Assembly (NCBI GenBank): GCA_951406725.2
Contig: OX597818.1
Coordinates: forward strand, 35,960,001 to 36,024,000
From: Octopus vulgaris
Lineage: Eukaryota
Length of the DNA stretch: 64,000 bases
Direction of reading: 5' to 3'
Part shown: piece after piece, positions 57,191-64,000 of the stretch
Position numbering within the stretch: the stretch's first letter is position 1
Layout: each line of letters opens with the position of its first letter
The notes under the pieces: generated by a model
Told to the model about the DNA's origin: nothing
Databases searched by the model: none
Seen by the model: the letters and a program-made list of their open reading frames with translations, nothing else
Program-made: the position numbers and the translations under genes

Positions 57191-57694
57191 AAAATGTTAA
57201 ACATATATTGCTGCTCTTCAATGTCTTCACGCAGAACATGTAAAAACACGCGTATTGTCTACTGAAACACACAAAGGCCAAGGAAACGGCAAATTTTAAT
57301 GCAGTTTCCGTGTTCAAGAGTTACTGAATGAGTTTTTCTCATAACGTATGATAATCTTTCAGGGTACGGTAAATCCAAATAAACTAGTTTACCTACGAGG
57401 CTGTTAGAAATTCATCGATAAATATCGATGAAAATGTCTGCAAGAATTCTCTAACTATTCTTTTCTTCGAACTTACAAAAGCATTATAATAGAATGTGAT
57501 ATGTCTCCAAGAAAGATACATTACACTTTCTGGTTGATAATCTATAGTGATGAAAGATCTATGACAAGCTAAATGATTTTTTTTCTCTTTTACCAATATA
57601 TACCTTTTGTGTTTTTCTTGTGTGTTACGGAAATGATCCTGAAAATATAAGATATTCTCGTGTTTTGCATGTTAGTAGATAAGTATGTTGCATA

Positions 57695-58313
57695 CGAAGT
57701 GCGTTCAAAACTTATCCGACCTTTTGGGCATTAAAATAATCAGTTTTGTACACTTCACAAGTCTTATTTAATCACTTCAAAGTACTCCACTTGGGAGTTC
57801 ACACTTAGCGGTTCTGCTACCACTGGTAACACATCTGGAGCGTTTTATCTGAAATACTTTGGAACTCCGCCGTCGTTCTTCTCATAATTTCCTCTCTCAA
57901 CTAAAATCGCTTCCCTTTCAGCGTGGTTTTTCAGTCTGGAGAAAAGCCAGAGGTCACACGGTGCCAAGTCGGGAGATTAGGGAACCTGTCGAGCAAGCGG
58001 TGTATCGTTCTTGACCAAGAAAGCTTGGATTACGAGGTGCATTCAAAAGTATCCGAATTCCATTCTTTAGCCGACTCTCTCCACGTGCACTGATCCAGTG
58101 CTTATTCCCACTCCGTGAGTAATTTCCTGGATTGTTACACGACGTTCTTCCATAACTATTCGCCGAACTTCTCAACCGGTTCCTTGTTTCGGCTTGTAGA
58201 TGACCTGCCTGAGCGTGGCTCGCTCTCCACAGCAGCGCGGTTATGTTTGAAGCAGCTGTACCGCTATTGATCTGAGTTTTGATCTAAGTCGGATACATTT
58301 TGAGCGCACCTTG
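57695..58313 (-). mobile_element. Deleted mariner derivative
   Basis: TIRs CGAAGTGCGTTCAAAACTTATCCGAC / GTCGGATACATTTTGAGCGCACCTTG, plus a third TIR-like copy at about 58033; minus-strand SPDLAPCDLWLFSRLK remnant. Confidence 0.7.
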
Positions 58314-59057
58314 CATTCTGTGCGTGACATTCAACTGTGCAGCTCTTTTTTAACGGTTTCTACGCAACCAGTCACCTGTCGATGACTAATCTTATTTCTA
58401 TGTACTTATGAATATTTTTGTTTATATATTATCACACTGGTTACCTACATAAGTTGTTCGAACCCGATAGCGAGAAACTCGTATAATTTTTTATTGAAGT
58501 ATATTCAATTTTAAATGTCGCTGTATACCAGTGTGCATATATACATATATGTGTGCATGCACGCGCGTGTTGTTTGTGTGTGTTGATAGATAGACAGATA
58601 GATAGATGACAGGTACTGGACCAGAAGCACTTGTCCATAACAGAGCTTTAAGCTTATTGGCTTGTCAGTTTTAGAGAATTATTGATTCTTGAGAAATGAA
58701 GCTGTCTATTTGGTAATTTTGTTACATCCTCTACAGAGGTGGAAATTATCCAAATAAAACACGAAATTATATTATATGGTATTTGGTATACTTGTTTTGT
58801 CTATTTCGTTTTTGGATTTGGTTTGCAAGATTCTTTATGTGAGTTCGTGTGTTGAAGCATATTCTGTTGTGTGTGTTGAGAGTCATTCTCTTTTAGTGCC
58901 TTATTATATAACACACTCACCGGTAAAATTTCCAATTATTTCTTTTTTAATTTTCTAAAATTTTCGTTGAGTCTTGCAACCTTTTCAATGGTTGTTGACT
59001 CTGTCCGTGATTCACACTGCGCTCCATTTTGTTTGTTTGTGCGCATGTGTGTGGATC

Positions 59058-59094
<37 letters not shown>

Positions 59095-59269
59095 CTATAC
59101 ATACATACATGCATGTATGTATGCATGTGTGTGTGTGTATGCATGTATGTGTGTGGATATGTATCTATCTATGTTTGTACATTTGTATATATGTATTCTG
59201 CATATTCATGTGTTTGCATGTTCGTGTTTGTGTGTTTTTATGTATGTGTGTGTGTATATATATATATAT

Positions 59270-60025
59270 TCTTTTATTCTTTTACTTGTTTCAGTCATTT
59301 GGCTGCAGCCATGGTGCGCACCGCCTTTAGTCGAGAAAATCAACCCCAGGACTTATTCTTGTAATCTTAGTACTTATTCTATCGGTTTCTTAGGCCGAAC
59401 CGCTAAGTTACAGGGACGTAAATCGGTTGCCGAACGATGTTGGAGAACCAACACAGACACACAAACATATACATACAAACGAAAATGCATGCATACATAC
59501 ATACATACATACATACATACATACATACATACATACATACACATACATACATACATACATACACACACACACGACGAGCTTCGTTCAGTTCCCGCCAGCC
59601 AAATCCACTCACAAGTCTTTAGTCAGCTCGAGACTGTAGTAGAAGGCACTTGCACTAGGTGCCACGCAATGGGACTGAACCCGAAAATATGTGGTTGCTA
59701 TGCAAGCTACTTACCACACAGCTACTCCTGCACCTGTGTATATTTAAATATAATATGGTTCTGGTTTCAGTCCCACTGCTTGGCACGTTGAGCAAGTGTC
59801 TTCCACTGTGTAGCCTCGGGCCAGCCAAAGCCTTGTGAGGGGATTTGGTAGATTGAAACTGAAAGAAACCCGTCGTCTCCTTGTTTCTTTCTGTGTTCCT
59901 TTCTGTGGAAGAGCGTAGGCTCGAAACGTTAAAGACATTTACCCTTCCCGAGCGTTAAACTAATGCATCTGTTTGTTGTCTACACCACCTGTCTTCGTCT
60001 TTTGTTTTTTTTGAGAATTCCCCTA

Positions 60026-60080
<55 letters not shown>

Positions 60081-60328
60081 GCTTGCGTATGTGTGCGTGT
60101 TTATCTGTGTGTTCGTATCTGTGTTTGTTCCCCACCCATCACATGGCAACAGATGATGGTGTATTTAGGTCCTCGTAACTTAGCGGTTCGGCAAAAGACA
60201 TCGATAGAATAAGTGCTAGGCTTGCAAAGAATAAGTTGTGAGGTTTTCGATTTCTTTGACTAAAATCCCTTAAGTTGATGCTCCACCATGACCGCAGTCA
60301 AATGACTGAAATATTTAAAAGAATAAAA

Positions 60329-60330
<2 letters not shown>
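59270..60330. mobile_element. Head-to-head family B SINEs (59270-59735 minus; 59750-60330 plus), the latter interrupted by a family D2 hammerhead repeat (59875-60025)
   Basis: CTTT-CTGTGGA-A-GAGC(GTAG)GCTC-GAAA-CG-TT-AAAG at 59899-59934 lies between the B halves. Confidence 0.8.
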
Positions 60331-60368
<38 letters not shown>

Positions 60369-60419
60369 GTGGGACCATAAGGAAAAGATACCTTTTGTTT
60401 TTGAAATCAGCTGTCCTCA

Positions 60420-60780
60420 AGTCATCAAATTGAGACCTATAATAGCAGGTCCCGCATGCGAATCCCATCGCCTCAATAACTTTTTAGATACCCTCTTAAA
60501 ACCATTCCTCAAGCATGTCAAAATCTATATAAGGGACGACCTGGATATGCTCAATCACCTTCATGAAACAATATACAAAAACACCCTACTAGTCTCCTTC
60601 GATGTAGTCAACTTCTATTCAATATCCCCACAACCTAGGAATAGAAACAATTCAGTTCTGGCTAGAGAATTTCACCATCGAACCCCTACATCGCACCAAT
60701 AAAGAACTCGTGATAGAAGGGCTAAAATTCATCTTGGAGAATAACTACTTCGTCTTCAAAGACAACTTATATCTTTGCAA
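60420..60780 (+). pseudogene. Penelope-like reverse transcriptase fragment
   Basis: KLRPIIAGPACESHRL...LLKPFL...YIRDDLDML...LVSFDVVNFYS, then a frameshift to ELVIEGLKFILENNYFVF. Confidence 0.8.
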
Positions 60781-61314
60781 AGATACACTTTCGGCGTTAT
60801 ACACATTATTATTGGTGCAGCAAGATACATAGCATCCTATTTAGAGCAAAGTATGGTTGAACTTGGGTTCTTAATGAAAAAATGAAAATCCTTAAATTCA
60901 TACACTACAAATGGTCACGATATCTGCAAGAACTTCGTAAGATTTAACGGATGAGAAACAAAACAAAATGCTTTCCTTCAAAACCTTGCTGCCAAATAGA
61001 TGACCGGTCAAAATTTAGTCTAAATTAAAATAGAAAGAAAAGACATACACACATACATACATACATACATACATACATACATACATACATACATACATAC
61101 ATAAATACATACATACATACATACATACATACATACATACATACATACATACGTACGTAGTACATACATACACAAACATAGATACATACATACATACTTA
61201 CGTACGTACATGCACACACACTCATATATACATACATACATACATACATACATACATACATACATACATACATACATACATACATACGTACGTACATGTA
61301 ACCACATCTGCATT

Positions 61315-61500
61315 GTTGGCGATTTTCTTCCTCCGTCTTCCTTTCTATTGGACTTTCCTCTGTTTCTGAAAAAGAGCGTTTGCTCGAAACATTAAACCAT
61401 ATTTCTTTCCCTGCCTGAGCGTCTGCTAATACTTTCCATGTACCACGTCCTCATGTTGTTGTTTATTTTTTTGTTTGTTCTTCTCTTTTGGATTTACTGC
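61315..61500 (+). mobile_element. Family D1 repeat with degenerate hammerhead
   Basis: GTTT-CTGAAAA-A-GAGC(GTTT)GCTC-GAAA-CA-TT-AAAC. Confidence 0.6.
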
Positions 61501-62172
61501 ATACATACATGTATACACATACACCACTATAATAATTAGTGCAAATGGAATGGTCTTAGTACGCCGAAAAAAATCGAATGATTTACACTAAGAGACTATA
61601 CATGAAACTGAAAAATAACAAAGCATATATTTGAGTAGATGAAAGTAATGTACTTTCAAAGAATGAAATTTCAACAAAGATACATCAAAACATGATATCT
61701 CTTCTTGGTTTTTATTAAGTTATTTTTCTTTTAGTGGAATCAGAGAGAATCTTCTTTCTTCTCTGCGTTGCTTTTCCCGACCAAATTTATGATAAAACAG
61801 CTGATATTAGTCAAAATTAGATACACAGGCAGCTGCAAAATAAGACTAGACACTGTTGCTGAGTAACGATATTGCATATAACAGCTGTTGCCTAGCAAAT
61901 TAAATCTCAAATTGTAAGCCTGACATAATGGATGTTACAAAATACAAAAAACAAAAAAGGTTTTACAAAATAGTTGTGGCCAAGGAAAGGAGAAGACACT
62001 ACTCTAGCAGTTGTTAAAACAGTCGTTATGAAAAGGTACAGGGTAAATGACTCGACTCTTTACAAAAAGAAATATTCACAAGATAGATATTCACTTTCCT
62101 GTTTGTTTCATTCTGTATGGACGGACTTGTAGTACCCATAACCTGTTCAAGTTTATATGTATATATACACAC

Positions 62173-62234
<62 letters not shown>

Positions 62235-62327
62235 ATATAATGTATATAATGTATGTAATGTATATAATGTGTGTGTATTAAATATATATATATACATATA
62301 TATATATACACATATATACATACACAC

Positions 62328-62363
<36 letters not shown>

Positions 62364-62383
62364 TATATTATATTATATTATAT

Positions 62384-62765
62384 GAGTGGCTGTGTGGTAA
62401 GTAGCTTGCTTATCAACCACATGATTCCGGTTTCAGTCCCACTGCTTAGTACCTTCGGCAAGTGTCTTCTGCTATAGACTCAGAATGTCTACCAAAAATC
62501 CACTCACAAGAGAGGATTTGGTAGACGGAAACTGAAAGAAGCCCGTCATATATGTGTGTGTGTGTGTGTGTGTGTCTGTCTGTATGTTTATGTATCTATG
62601 TTTGTCGCCATCCCAACATTGCTTGACAACCGATGCTGGTGTGTTTACATCCCCGTAACTTAGCGTTTCAAGAAAAGACACCGATAGAATAAGTACTAGG
62701 CTTACAAAGAATAAGTCCACTAGTCGATTTGTTGCAGTCAAATGGCAAAACAAGTAAAAGAATAA
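62384..62765 (+). mobile_element. SINE family B
   Basis: Colinear with other copies, with a small 3' deletion. Confidence 0.85.
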
Positions 62766-63032
62766 AAAAATACATGAACTGGCAACAAAAAATAGGTGAT
62801 TAAAGTATGATAAATTCTTGATGTTTTAAACCATTATGTCCAGACAAATTTCTCTGCCACATATAGCCAGTAGATGTGCTACGTTTATTTTAGACGAATT
62901 ACAAGAGTCAGGGTATTGAGAAAGTTTGAATATTTACGATGCACCGATCTGACGGACGGCATTGCTTTGTGGTAAGTGTATTGCGCAAATACACTTTTCA
63001 AAACAATGTTGATGTTAACAGTTGTTGATGTA

Positions 63033-63084
<52 letters not shown>

Positions 63085-63749
63085 CTTGTGTGTGTGTGTG
63101 TGTGTGTGCGTGCGTGTTTGTGTATGTGCTAGTGTGTGTGTTTGTAATTGTGTGTGTGTGTCTTTGTGCGTGCGTGTGTTTGTGTGTGCGTGTTTGAGTG
63201 TGCGTGTTTGTGTGTGTGTATGTTTGTGTGTGTGTTTGTGTGTGTATGCTTGTGTGTGTTTTTTTTTGTGTGTGTTTGTGTGTATGTGTGTACGCGCGCG
63301 TGTGTATATGTGTAATAAAACTTTAAATAAAGAATTGATAGTGTGCTTTAAAATGTGTTTGTGTGTGTGTGAGTATGTTTGTGTGTGTGTTTGTGTGTGT
63401 GTTTGTGTGTCTTTGTGTGTGTGTTTGTGTATGTGTTTGTGTGTGTGTGTGTGTGCGTTTGTGTGTGTATGTGATTGTGTGTGTGTGTGTGTGTTTGTGT
63501 GTGTATGTGTGTACGCGCGCGTGTGTATGTGTGTAATAAAACTTATAAGAATTAATAGTGTGCTTTAAAATATTTAGCGCCATATTTATTTTGCTGTGGA
63601 TCAAAAAAAAATTGAAAAATCGATGAGATATATTTTATTACAGAATGAAATGCGTTGCTATTAGTGACTTCGATATTTTCGCCTGTTATTGGCTTTGTCA
63701 CGTATGTGGCGGGTGTGTGTGTGTGCGTGCGTGTGTGTAGTTTGGTTAG

Positions 63750-63920
63750 TCCACATTATTCTGGCATCCCCCCTGGACAGGATGTCGGTCCGACGAAGCA
63801 TCACTCACTTTTGGCGCCTGAATGGACTGGAGCGACGTGAAATGTTGTGTTTTGCTCAAGAACATAACGCGTCGCCCGGTCCAGGAATCGAAACCACATC
63901 CTTACGATCATAAGTCCAAC
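63750..63920 (-). mobile_element. SINE family E-like head (similar heads at 21180-21305, 50405-50510 and 53640-53745)
   Basis: TTGCTCAAGAACATAACGCG...CCAGGAATCGAAACCAC antisense head. Confidence 0.65.
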
Positions 63921-64000
63921 CATCAAGGAAATTGACTAAATCCACAATGACATAGTCACTGAAGTGCACTTCGAATTATTTAGTATTACAGAAATTAAAT

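Overview
Repeat-saturated animal genomic DNA. The dense TA/CA/CT/GATA and trinucleotide microsatellites and several tRNA-derived SINE families suggest an Octopus-type cephalopod (inference, no search run). I recognise no host protein-coding exon; most ORFs in the track are microsatellite translations. Supported features are: two divergent tRNA-Ser(UGA) genes in an inverted duplication, a near-complete IR/DR-type Tc1 (DD34E), a DD37D (maT-type) element, two deleted mariners, an internally deleted Helitron, MITEs, Penelope-like element (PLE) fragments and many SINEs. Two signals stand out. (1) Many dispersed hammerhead ribozyme motifs, including two with a fully canonical type I core (14471-14519 and 39864-39927, both minus strand) and a multi-copy family whose second subfamily shares a non-canonical CUGUNGAA core. 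(2) A Tx1/L1-like LINE whose two copies both sit inside (ATCT)n arrays and whose 3' end is shared with a young SINE family carrying 13-21 bp TSDs, suggesting a LINE-SINE partnership. Repeat boundaries were read by eye and are approximate unless a TSD or TIR is quoted.
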